Part shown: one piece after another, positions 9,550 through 18,296 of the stretch
Numbering within the stretch: position 1 is the stretch's first letter
Layout of the letters: the number at the start of each line of letters is the position of its first letter
Source: Fastidiosibacter lacustris
GTDB taxonomy: Bacteria; Pseudomonadota; Gammaproteobacteria; Francisellales; Francisellaceae
NCBI RefSeq assembly: GCF_003428155.1
Contig: NZ_QLIR01000017.1
Location: 7,976-39,975 of the forward strand
Direction of reading: 5' to 3'
DNA length: 32,000 nucleotides
Notes under the pieces: generated by a model
Told to the model about the DNA's origin: nothing
The model's input: only the letters and a program-made list of their open reading frames with translations
The model's database searches: none
Program-made: the position numbers and the translations under genes

Positions 9550-10570
9550 TTAACTTCTCTGCACTATCCCCTCTGAGTTGCAAAGACATGCAACGCACAC
9601 TTCCTCCCATTTTACAAATTTCATAAGAGTCAACTGGAATAACTTTTTTGGTTGTAATCGCAAGTATTTGCTTTAAAGCAATTTTATCCTCAGGAATTCC
9701 AAACTGTGGAAAGTAGATATGCTGTTTAGTTACTAACATATTCGTATACAAACCACAAGCTGAACCAAAGTGCTTATCATAGATATTTGAGTAATTATAA
9801 GCCGTGATTATCTCATAGAGCTTAACATTTGGCAAAGACTGCTTTAGAGCTTGCTTTAATTGTTCTGCATAAGCCTGATCTTGTGGGTAACTATTGATCA
9901 CTAAGGTATTTTCATCAATAAAACTAACAATACCATCAGCATGTTCTAAACCCCCTTGTTCATCTGCTTCAATAAATGCAATATTTTTAGCATCTGTTAA
10001 TACTCTTAATTTATCTTTTGCTTCTTGTGCTGAAAGTTTATTATCACGTAAAAATTTATCACTTAACACTACATTACCTGCGTAATCATCGACAAAATTA
10101 CCCCCATCATTAATTAAATCTGTCTTTTTAAAAGCAACGCCTATAGACTCAACCAACCGATAAAAGCCTGCTTGTACCGAATCTGCTAACTTTTGACCTA
10201 ATTTCCCACCCCCTTGTCCTGCTGCGCTATAACGAAACATAACAGGTTGAATAGGGTTAGTAAGTGTAAAATCTCTCATCCATATATCTTGCATAGGATA
10301 ATTTAACACATGATTTTTACCTAATGTATCTATATAAACCTGATAAAGTCTATCTGAACTCAAAATTAATACCTGATCACCATTGGCAATAATCTTCTGC
10401 GCATAGTTAATCTGAAACTCAATGATGTCTTTTTCAACTTTTCTATAATAATCATCATACTCAGGTGGTGATGCAAGCACAATTAGTTCAGCATTAGCAG
10501 CATTCATTAACATAATAGAACTCCCTATAAATAGTATAACTCTCACCACCCAGAATACAGATCTTCTCAC
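9503..10570 (-). CDS. Exported agmatine deiminase / Porphyromonas-type peptidyl-arginine deiminase family protein (guanidino-group modifying enzyme superfamily)
   Basis: GTG start with AAGGTGA upstream. Predicted Sec signal peptide MRRSVFWVVRVILFIGSSIMLMNAANA|E. Family motifs: DIWMRDF (DxWxRD), NDGGNFVDD, LEHADGIVSF, and a C-terminal catalytic-Cys motif GGSVRCMS (canonical GGGIHC). Confidence 0.7.
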   Translation of the reverse strand: MRRSVFWVVRVILFIGSSIMLMNAANAELIVLASPPEYDDYYRKVEKDIIEFQINYAQKIIANGDQVLILSSDRLYQVYIDTLGKNHVLNYPMQDIWMRDFTLTNPIQPVMFRYSAAGQGGGKLGQKLADSVQAGFYRLVESIGVAFKKTDLINDGGNFVDDYAGNVVLSDKFLRDNKLSAQEAKDKLRVLTDAKNIAFIEADEQGGLEHADGIVSFIDENTLVINSYPQDQAYAEQLKQALKQSLPNVKLYEIITAYNYSNIYDKHFGSACGLYTNMLVTKQHIYFPQFGIPEDKIALKQILAITTKKVIPVDSYEICKMGGSVRCMSLQLRGDSAEKLITFAQNDKQKKDKLQ

Positions 10571-10785
10571 TTTAAAATTTTCACCTTTTATCTAGGTTCT
10601 GTGAACCAAAAAAACTACATAAGTATTTTACATTCCAAATGCCTTGTGTTAAAGACAAATGAGCAGAGTCTTGCGCATAAATGTTATAGTTTGCTGCCTC
10701 AAAAAGGAGATGATAATAGAATTTATGACGCCATCAAATATTATTAAGAATTACGACAGCTATCAGGTGGATGGAGGTAATTTAA

Positions 10786-11082
10786 ATGCATCACTATAGT
10801 GAAAGTGAGGTTATAAATTACTTCAATCAACTTTCATATGCTAAAAAACAGAAATTCTTGCAAGTAGCAGAGAACGTCTATATCCAAAAAGAGCTAAATT
10901 ATATTAGCTTCTTATGCCAGATAGCCAATATAACCGCAGAGAAACGAGATATTAATCTTATTCTAAAACTAGCAGCTAATCATTTTTTAAAGGTTGTTGA
11001 CAGTGAATCAACAACAATAATCTCATACGTTATGCCAGACAACATGCATTATTTTGCTAAATACTTACACAAGGGTAGATGA
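10786..11082 (+). CDS. Hypothetical 98-aa protein, no recognisable motif
   Basis: ATG preceded by GGAGG at a 9-nt spacing, which is the strongest RBS in this region. An in-frame stop lies immediately upstream. Its stop codon TGA directly abuts the ATG of the MFS gene (TGAATG), which suggests co-translation. Predicted soluble and helical. No family was recognised by eye. Confidence 0.55.
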   Translation: MHHYSESEVINYFNQLSYAKKQKFLQVAENVYIQKELNYISFLCQIANITAEKRDINLILKLAANHFLKVVDSESTTIISYVMPDNMHYFAKYLHKGR

Positions 11083-12297
11083 ATGAAGAATTTAAACTGG
11101 ATTGTGCCATATTACCTATCTCGAGCATTTTCTACTGCGAGCTTTGATCGAGGGATTTTCGTATTGTTCTTGCTCTATAAGGACTTTGACACCGCTCAAA
11201 TTGGGATATTACAAATTATATTCTATGTGGGTAATATACTCATAAGTATACCGATGGGATTGCTTGCGGATAGATTTGGTTATCGCAAGGTCATGTTATT
11301 GGCGCTTTTCATGATGTCATTAGATGCTGTATTACAAATTATGCTTGGCGGCTTTATGATTTTTGCTATCATTTTCGCATTAAAGGGAGCGATGTTTGCA
11401 ATTATGGTAAGTGTTCCACAATCCTTCTTTTTTGCTAAATTAAAATCTCTTAATCAAACCCATTTACATATCAGACTTTTAGGGCAAGTGAGGGCAATTG
11501 AGTACATTTCTTTAGCAGTCGCCATATTTATTGGCGGATTCTTGCAGTCTATTTCTTGGGAAGCGGTTTATTTAAGCTATGCTGTATTCATGGTTCTAGG
11601 TGCCATATGCCTAGGTTTAGTAAGCGATATAAAAAAAGAAAAGAATATAGCACAAGAAATTACTTCTGAGATGAGTATCCTTAAAAACGCTCAACAGTTT
11701 AAAACTTTTCTATGTGAAAAATCTAATGCGCCGCTCGCTATTCTTGCATTTGCTTTTGCTTGTCTGCAAGGCGTCATAACCCCTTACTTTGTTTTTGCTC
11801 AGGAACTGTTTAACTGGTATGGCATGTCTGTTGCGGGTATTAGTACGCTATTTGCTATCATCACAGCCACATCAGGTGTTGCAGTAGTTGTCGCGCATAG
11901 GATTACGCGCCTGTTTTCTTTCTCTACAGTTAGTTATGTTACAGTCATACTTTTATGGGTAGTCTTGCTTTTAAATATTGTGCCATCGCTGAGCTTGGCT
12001 ATATGTCTTTTTATTATGGCAATGGTTATTCCAGAAATAGCAATTATTCTATTTGCTGATTACATCCAACATTCTTTACCAAATGAGATTAGAGCAACCG
12101 TAACCTCCGTAATTTGGATGCTTGAGATAACGTTGACTTCTCTAGGCTACGCCTTATTTGGGGGACTATTTTTGCTGGTGACACCAAACATTGCAATTGC
12201 GTTATTTTCTTTTATCGCATTATTTGTTTTGCTGTTAATGTATATGGTCTTTACTAAATTCAAAATCTCCAAATTTCAAGTGGTGGAAACCACATGA
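11083..12297 (+). CDS. MFS transporter (12-TM type, substrate unknown)
   Basis: 404 aa and highly hydrophobic throughout. MFS motif A is present between TM2 and TM3 (GLLADRFGYRKVM). A central cytoplasmic loop (DIKKEKNIAQEITSE) splits two 6-TM halves. Confidence 0.85.
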   Translation: MKNLNWIVPYYLSRAFSTASFDRGIFVLFLLYKDFDTAQIGILQIIFYVGNILISIPMGLLADRFGYRKVMLLALFMMSLDAVLQIMLGGFMIFAIIFALKGAMFAIMVSVPQSFFFAKLKSLNQTHLHIRLLGQVRAIEYISLAVAIFIGGFLQSISWEAVYLSYAVFMVLGAICLGLVSDIKKEKNIAQEITSEMSILKNAQQFKTFLCEKSNAPLAILAFAFACLQGVITPYFVFAQELFNWYGMSVAGISTLFAIITATSGVAVVVAHRITRLFSFSTVSYVTVILLWVVLLLNIVPSLSLAICLFIMAMVIPEIAIILFADYIQHSLPNEIRATVTSVIWMLEITLTSLGYALFGGLFLLVTPNIAIALFSFIALFVLLLMYMVFTKFKISKFQVVETT

Positions 12298-12375
12298 GAT
12301 TTCAAGTATAAGCAACCTTTTTGATGGATTAAAGTACACCTTGAACTACTTAAAGAGAGAAGAGCGCTTATGGTT

Positions 12376-13158
12376 TTAAGACAACACAATCACTTTACTA
12401 TTTTTGTTCTTTAATTCAATAAGCTCAGCCTGTGTTTGGAATGCTTGATAAATATAATTTGATACTAATAAATTCTCCGTTTTATTAAAACCCAGCATCT
12501 GCCCATTTTTTAGTAGCACACTTTCCTGATAGTATTGAAGAGCAATATTTAAGTCATGCCCTATAACAAGTACACCAAGTTCATATTTTTTAGCAAGATT
12601 TGACAGAATATTTAAGGTTTGACGTTGATAATAAATATCCATGTGCGCACTGTATTCATCTAAAAGCAAATAACCTTCATACTCAGAATTCTCTTGACTA
12701 AGTTGTACCAGTGCACGAGCAAGCTGTACACGCTGACGCTCACCTCCAGATAATTGCATATAATTTTTAGTGCAAAAACAGCTACTGTCTAGTAATGACA
12801 AGGCTTTCATTGCCTTGGCATAGTCTTTTTCTTTGAAATCACCATTACAATAAGCTAATCTACCCAATAACACATAATCAATAACCTTAATGTCTCCTAG
12901 TACCTGCTCATGTTGACTGACAAACGCCATTTTCTGGCTAAGTGTTATTCTTGGCATTTGAGACAGACATTCGCCATCTATCATAATCTGACCAAGGTAA
13001 TGGGGATACTCTCCTGTGATTACTTTTAGTAAAGTTGATTTTCCTGCACCATTTGCACCTAAAATACCTGTAATCTGTCCTTTTGCCACTGTCATTGAAA
13101 TATCATGTAATATCACTTTATTCCCAAGCTTAAGGCTAACCTCATTTAGTACCAACAT
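12376..13158 (-). CDS. hmuV: Hemin ABC transporter ATP-binding protein
   Basis: Walker A GANGAGKST, Q-loop FVSQ, signature LSGGERQRV, Walker B LLLDE and H-loop VIGHDLN. I prefer the ATG at 13158 (MLVLNEVSLKL). It lies 1 nt from the hmuU stop, whereas the track start at 13218 would overlap hmuU by 59 nt. Confidence 0.88.
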   Translation of the reverse strand: MLVLNEVSLKLGNKVILHDISMTVAKGQITGILGANGAGKSTLLKVITGEYPHYLGQIMIDGECLSQMPRITLSQKMAFVSQHEQVLGDIKVIDYVLLGRLAYCNGDFKEKDYAKAMKALSLLDSSCFCTKNYMQLSGGERQRVQLARALVQLSQENSEYEGYLLLDEYSAHMDIYYQRQTLNILSNLAKKYELGVLVIGHDLNIALQYYQESVLLKNGQMLGFNKTENLLVSNYIYQAFQTQAELIELKNKNSKVIVLS

Positions 13159-13159
13159 G

Positions 13160-14215
13160 TTAACTACCTCTTTGTACTTTCTGACTAAACAACAGATAAA
13201 TAAAATAAGGTGCACCAATTAAAGCTGTCATCAATCCAATCGGTAACTCTGCAGGCGCCAAAACCGTACGTGATAAAACATCGGCAACAGTCAATAATAA
13301 TGCACCAAAAATACTAGCTAATAGCATTAAATGCTTGTGTTCAACTCCGATTAAAAAACGTACGATATGAGGCACAACCAGACCTACAAAAGCAATCGGA
13401 CCTGCAACAGCAGTGCTACTGCCTACCAATAGTGCAATGGCAATAATACTTTTAAATTTCTGCTTTTGAATATTTACGCCTAACATACGTGCAAAGCTTT
13501 CTCCAGCAATCATTGCATTAAGATATTTAGCCGTATTGGAAAGTAGGAAAACACTCATAATCACACAAGGGACTAAGAACATGACCTGTCCCCAGTCAAT
13601 ATTAGCCAAACTCCCCATACTCCAAAAAGTAATGCTACGTAAAATGCTATCATCTGACAAATAAATCATCACACCAATTAATGCGCCACATAAAGCATTA
13701 ATTGCCACTCCTGCCAATACCAAAAGACCAAGGTTACTTTGTCCCTTTGTCACAGATAGTAAATATGTTAAAAAAGTCACAACTAAGCTTCCAGCAAAGG
13801 CACTCAAGCCTAATCCCCATGTCACTAAAAAAACTGTTTGAGTGATACTTGAAGCCAATAGCAAAAATAAAATTGCAAATAACGATGCACCACTGGTCAT
13901 TCCTAATAGTGCTGGGTCAGCTAAAGGATTACGAAATAACCCCTGCATGGTTACACCTGATAATGCTAACGCCGCACCGATTACCATTGTTGCTAACAAA
14001 CGCGGTAATCGTAGCTCAACGATAACTTTCTGCATCAGACTATTTGTGTCAAATACTTGTATCCAACTGATATGAAAAGCACCAAATTGAATGGATAAAA
14101 ATGCAGACATAGCGAGTAACAATAACAAAGCTATTATCCATAATCGGTATTTATTTCGCTGTACTTGAAAAAGCTTTTGTGCATTTATTATTGACTGGTG
14201 ACTTACTTGATTCAT
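13160..14215 (-). CDS. hmuU: Hemin ABC transporter permease (FecCD family)
   Basis: 351 aa and roughly 9-10 TM. The FecCD/BtuC-type sequence pattern is present (LLATMVIGAALALSGVTMQGLFRNPLADPALLG ... GPIAFVGLVVPHIVR). ATGA overlap with hmuT. Confidence 0.88.
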   Translation of the reverse strand: MNQVSHQSIINAQKLFQVQRNKYRLWIIALLLLLAMSAFLSIQFGAFHISWIQVFDTNSLMQKVIVELRLPRLLATMVIGAALALSGVTMQGLFRNPLADPALLGMTSGASLFAILFLLLASSITQTVFLVTWGLGLSAFAGSLVVTFLTYLLSVTKGQSNLGLLVLAGVAINALCGALIGVMIYLSDDSILRSITFWSMGSLANIDWGQVMFLVPCVIMSVFLLSNTAKYLNAMIAGESFARMLGVNIQKQKFKSIIAIALLVGSSTAVAGPIAFVGLVVPHIVRFLIGVEHKHLMLLASIFGALLLTVADVLSRTVLAPAELPIGLMTALIGAPYFIYLLFSQKVQRGS

Positions 14216-15057
14216 GCCTCATATACCTTCTTGGCAAGTTGTAAAACTGTATCCCCAAAAGATGCACCAAAATTATCTAAGCTTGCAGCATGAATAGTAG
14301 TGATTTTTGTTTGATTTTGTTTATGTAAATATTCTAGTATTTCAGCATATGGCAACGGCATGTTATTTATAGCTTGAGCAACAATAACAACGTCTGGTTT
14401 TAATATCATTAACCCCTCTTTAGATGCTGGACGCATCCCTTTAAATGACAGTATGTTTTGTGCACCAATTAAACTTAGCCAACGATTACTTTGTGTATCT
14501 GTGCCCAACATGTAGACATTACTTGCGGCTATTTGTAATAAAACGAGCACCTTTTTTGGCTTATATTGATCAATAATTTTAATTGCTGACTGTAATTTTT
14601 GATCCATTTCTTCTAATATAACCCTAGCTTCTGTGTGTTTGGCTAATGCCTTTGCAACCATAGTAATATTTGCTTTTACATCTGATAAACCCTTAACTTC
14701 CTTAAGACTAATAACCTCTATGTTAAAGTTACTCAAACGCTTAATAACTGAAATAGGAGAAGCTGCTGCATCTGCAATAACTAAATTTGGCTGTAAGCTG
14801 ACAATACCCTCAATCGTTAAAGCACGCATGTAACCAATATCTTTTACCTTTCCTACATTTTCCATAAGCTCAGAATTTCTTGATTGTTTATTACCTATAA
14901 ACTCAATACTTTCGCTATCAGCACCAACTATACTTTTTTCGCCTAATGCCACTGCAATTGAACTTGCACTTGGACCAATTGTAACCACTTTACTGGCATA
15001 CGCACTAAATGTACTCAACCAAAGACCAATCATAATTAACCAGAATTTCTTATCCAC
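14212..15057 (-). CDS. hmuT: Periplasmic hemin-binding protein (class III / cluster A-2 SBP)
   Basis: Signal peptide MDKKFWLIMIGLWLSTFSAYA. Size (about 280 aa) and position between tonB and hmuU fit HmuT/HutB/ShuT. The start is a GTG at 15057 (8-nt overlap with tonB). An internal ATG at 15033 is an alternative. Confidence 0.75.
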   Translation of the reverse strand: MDKKFWLIMIGLWLSTFSAYASKVVTIGPSASSIAVALGEKSIVGADSESIEFIGNKQSRNSELMENVGKVKDIGYMRALTIEGIVSLQPNLVIADAAASPISVIKRLSNFNIEVISLKEVKGLSDVKANITMVAKALAKHTEARVILEEMDQKLQSAIKIIDQYKPKKVLVLLQIAASNVYMLGTDTQSNRWLSLIGAQNILSFKGMRPASKEGLMILKPDVVIVAQAINNMPLPYAEILEYLHKQNQTKITTIHAASLDNFGASFGDTVLQLAKKVYEA

Positions 15058-15730
15058 CTATTTGCTCCTGTAAGTTAAATGAAACTACCTGCACCACTTT
15101 TGTAGATACCACTTTGCCTTGACTTAATGCAGGGGTAAATTTTAACTTTTTAAACCACTTAATTGCTGCTTGATCTAATGCTTGAAAACCACTTGATTGA
15201 ATAATTTTCAACTCTCCAACTGCACCTGTTATTGTAATGTTGGCCTCAATTTTTACCTTTCCTTGTTCATTATTGTTAATTGCAGTAATTGGGTAATTTA
15301 ATTTAGGTGGGGTATAAGCAAGCTTAGGCTGTCGTGTAATTTCAACCACTGCTTGCTGAGTTTTTACTGATTCTTCATGTTGTTTGAGTGCATGTTCTTT
15401 CATTTTTTTATAATCACTATGATGGAGCTTAGTTTCTTTTTTTGTTTTTGTCGTAGCTATAATCTTTTCATCTAATTTCTGCTTATCTATTGACGTATTT
15501 GCAAGCTTTAGCTCTTGTGGTGGTTGTGATAAGTTTTTTTGTACTTTTGCTTGAGACTCTTGTGAAAGCGTGATGCTTTGTAATATTTGCTTAAGTTGCT
15601 GTGACTGTAATTGGCTTTCGCCAAGTTGCCACTTTGTAAGGGAATTTGAGCTTAAAACGCCTAATATCGCTAAATTCACTGCAAATGAACCTAGAGCTGC
15701 CACAATAAGTTTTAAATAACCTTCAAACAT
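15050..15730 (-). CDS. tonB: TonB energy-transducer protein
   Basis: N-terminal TM anchor (LKLIVAALGSFAVNLAILGVL). C-terminal TonB domain YPITAINNNEQGKVKIEANITITGAVGELKIIQSSGFQALDQAAIKWFKKLKFTPA (YP...G.V...V...G.V....SSG...LD.AA......F.PA). Confidence 0.8.
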   Translation of the reverse strand: MFEGYLKLIVAALGSFAVNLAILGVLSSNSLTKWQLGESQLQSQQLKQILQSITLSQESQAKVQKNLSQPPQELKLANTSIDKQKLDEKIIATTKTKKETKLHHSDYKKMKEHALKQHEESVKTQQAVVEITRQPKLAYTPPKLNYPITAINNNEQGKVKIEANITITGAVGELKIIQSSGFQALDQAAIKWFKKLKFTPALSQGKVVSTKVVQVVSFNLQEQIGG

Positions 15731-15738
15731 GTATTTAC

Positions 15739-17817
15739 CTAAAAACGATAGCTAAGCTGAGCATAAATACTTCTACCGATTGCTGGCACCAAAGTACTGC
15801 CATCATAATCTTGATAGTATTGATCAAAAATATTGTCTACACCCGCCGATAAAGTAAGACCTTTAGCAAAACGCGGTTGCCATTGATAACTTAAGCCCAA
15901 CAGTGCATAACCTGGTACTTTAGGTGTATTATTAGGCACATAGTTTTGCGCTAAGGCATAATCAAAACGTGTCTGCACAGTGCTATCGATCATCTTAATC
16001 GGCACAGCCAATGCAACCATTCCCTTAGCTTGTGGAATAGGTAAGGCACTGCCTGAAGGAATGATCTTGCCTCGATCATTAGTATATGCTGATTTGGTTT
16101 TCCCACGCGTATACGTGAAATTAGTCATTACATCAAACCAGTTGGTTTGATAGCCCGCTGATAAGTTAAATCCATAGATCTGCACTTTGGAAATATTAAT
16201 GTTTTGATTAACTGCTGTTGGTGGTAGTGGTGGGTTAATAATAAGACTAACGTTACTATTTAGAATATAATCATCAATGTCATTTAAAAACACGTTGCCT
16301 GAAACACTTATTTTTTGTGTATCGGTTAAGTCTTGAGCATACACAAAACCAATTGTTTTATTATGCCCAATTTCAGGATTAAGGTTGGGACTTGGGATAA
16401 AGCGTAAAAATACATAACTACTATAAGGATGATTTCCACCTAAATATAAGTCTTGAATCGATGGAATTCGATAACCTTCTGTATAACCAATGTAGACCTT
16501 AAGTGGCGTAATAACCTGATAGCTGATACTGGCTTGTTTAGTGAAAAATGAGCCATCGCTACTCAAATTACTACTTTGACTTTGATAACCATTAAATCGA
16601 CCACCAATCGTTACATTTAGGCTTGAAATAATATCCCAACTATCTTGCAAATAGAAACTATAAAGCTGTTGGGTTGCGGTTGGAAAATTTGCACTTGTAT
16701 TACTGTTATAACCATCATAACCATTAATAAAGTTATATTCACCACCATATAAAAGCCTCTGCTGAATAACTTTTGTATTATTCGAAAACATCACGCCTGT
16801 AGTGTTGACATTTATATCTTGAGGCAAGGCATAACCATTACCATTTGTAATGGGGGAAGAACTAAAATGATTCTCGTTATAATAGGCTTTGAAATTCAAA
16901 TCAACATAAGGATTATTAGGGTTAAATCGATAATTCAGCATACTTTGAGTTTGGAAATAATTAAAGTTAGAGCTTGGATTGGTAACTGAAGTTTGTTTAT
17001 TTACCGTTGCAGGGTAAAGTCCTACATTTTGCATCGATAAAAAAGAAAGCTTTAACGTTTGTGCTTGCGAGATATTCCAAACGGTTTTTGCTAAATATTG
17101 CAGTTGATTACTTGCTGAATCAGATAGGGTTTGACCATTACTTAAACGAACGTTATTATTTCGCACACCTACGATGTCAAATAAATAGCTTACATCTTTT
17201 GTTCTCAAAGCAAGACCAAGATTAGCATTACCGCTTTTATCACCCGTTGCCCCTTCTATTGCCACTTTACCACCAAAATTTTGATCATTTAAAATATCAC
17301 TTGGCTCTAATGTCACAAAATTAACAGCTCCCCCCAGGTTACCATTTCCATAAGTAATATCACCACCAGATTGACTAGCTGAAACTTGTTTATATAAGCT
17401 CTGATTAGGTAATAGTCTTGTCTGATTATGTCCAAAAGAAGCCAGATTATTATTCACACCATCAATACCTACAAACACACGATCATCTGTGAGTCCTCCA
17501 ATACTAACAGACTGTGAGATTGGTCGATTACCACCTATAGTTTGTACACCTGCCATTTCATTTAAAGCATGAATAGTTGATCCTACAGGATTACTAGGTG
17601 TTTGTACTGATAGATTAGGTAATACCCTATCATTATCAGATGCTAGTGGTAGGGATATTGCTTTGTCTTTTAACTCTTCTGGCAAAGCTTTTTTAATTGC
17701 AAGCACTTGAATTTCATCTAGATCTAACACTCGCTGTTGTTCATTGTTTTGCTGTACTGCATGTGTGGCGTTAGCTATTATCAGCACAATAAAACTTACC
17801 AATAATTTTTTCTTCAT
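15739..17817 (-). CDS. TonB-dependent outer-membrane heme/hemoglobin receptor
   Basis: The ATG at 17817 has an AGGAAA RBS and gives signal peptide MKKKLLVSFIVLIIANATHA. The track start at 17859 is a TTG. TonB-box-like DEIQVLA. The C-terminal barrel ends in ...YAQLSYRF, with the usual terminal aromatic. Heme-receptor FRAP/NPNL-type boxes flank a His: YRIPS...GGNHP...SPNLNPE (16372-16473). Confidence 0.85.
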   Translation of the reverse strand: MKKKLLVSFIVLIIANATHAVQQNNEQQRVLDLDEIQVLAIKKALPEELKDKAISLPLASDNDRVLPNLSVQTPSNPVGSTIHALNEMAGVQTIGGNRPISQSVSIGGLTDDRVFVGIDGVNNNLASFGHNQTRLLPNQSLYKQVSASQSGGDITYGNGNLGGAVNFVTLEPSDILNDQNFGGKVAIEGATGDKSGNANLGLALRTKDVSYLFDIVGVRNNNVRLSNGQTLSDSASNQLQYLAKTVWNISQAQTLKLSFLSMQNVGLYPATVNKQTSVTNPSSNFNYFQTQSMLNYRFNPNNPYVDLNFKAYYNENHFSSSPITNGNGYALPQDINVNTTGVMFSNNTKVIQQRLLYGGEYNFINGYDGYNSNTSANFPTATQQLYSFYLQDSWDIISSLNVTIGGRFNGYQSQSSNLSSDGSFFTKQASISYQVITPLKVYIGYTEGYRIPSIQDLYLGGNHPYSSYVFLRFIPSPNLNPEIGHNKTIGFVYAQDLTDTQKISVSGNVFLNDIDDYILNSNVSLIINPPLPPTAVNQNINISKVQIYGFNLSAGYQTNWFDVMTNFTYTRGKTKSAYTNDRGKIIPSGSALPIPQAKGMVALAVPIKMIDSTVQTRFDYALAQNYVPNNTPKVPGYALLGLSYQWQPRFAKGLTLSAGVDNIFDQYYQDYDGSTLVPAIGRSIYAQLSYRF

Positions 17818-17879
17818 CGCTATTTCCTGTTTAAATTTGAAGGTTTTATTAAAATTCAAAGATAGTGATAAAACTCAGA

Positions 17880-18296
17880 TTATTTATTAACTTGTATATC
17901 TGCTGTTTTTAAGCCGAGTGCTTTCACAAGTGCAAATACCTGCAATATTGTTTGTAATGGCAAATCTTTGTTAGCAGCAAGGCTTATACTATTTAATTTT
18001 TGTGTCTGCTGCTTGGTTTGTAAATAAGCTTTCAATGAATCAAGCGTATTAAAATGCATACCATCAACCCTATAATCATCATTTGCTTGTAAATAAATGG
18101 TTACTAATTCAGTCTTAGTTTGTTCTGTCACATTGCCCTTGATTTCTGGCAATGGTAACTTGATTACATGCTGGATAGGTCCTGCTAATAAAACAAACAT
18201 CACCAATAAAACCAAAATAAAGTCTAAAAGAGGAATTAAGTTTGGCTCATCTACCTCAAGACTTGCATGTTCATAATGACTGTGACTAATAATCAT
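17880..18296 (-). CDS. exbD: Biopolymer transport protein ExbD/TolR family
   Basis: 138 aa with a single TM carrying the characteristic LIPLLDFILVLLVMF motif. ATGA overlap with exbB. Confidence 0.85.
   Translation of the reverse strand: MIISHSHYEHASLEVDEPNLIPLLDFILVLLVMFVLLAGPIQHVIKLPLPEIKGNVTEQTKTELVTIYLQANDDYRVDGMHFNTLDSLKAYLQTKQQTQKLNSISLAANKDLPLQTILQVFALVKALGLKTADIQVNK

Noticed and set aside
10703-10727. Fur-box-like AT-rich element GATGATAATAGAATTTAT upstream of the 98-aa/MFS pair
   Set aside because: Only the ATGATAAT core matches. The second half of the 19-mer is essentially unmatched. In an AT-rich genome this is within chance expectation.
10710-10799. 29-aa small ORF (MIIEFMTPSNIIKNYDSYQVDGGNLNASL) upstream of, and overlapping, the 98-aa ORF. 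I considered it a possible leader peptide.
   Set aside because: The AGGAG directly abuts its ATG (0-nt spacing), and it lies 16 nt from the internal ATG. Neither spacing is functional. There is no attenuator-like structure downstream.
12298-12375. Expected bidirectional terminator between the convergent MFS and hmuV genes
   Set aside because: Only very weak stems were found (GTGGT-GGAA-ACCAC at the end of the MFS gene, and a 6-bp stem with a 19-nt loop). Nothing met the standard of a GC-rich stem followed by a T-tract.
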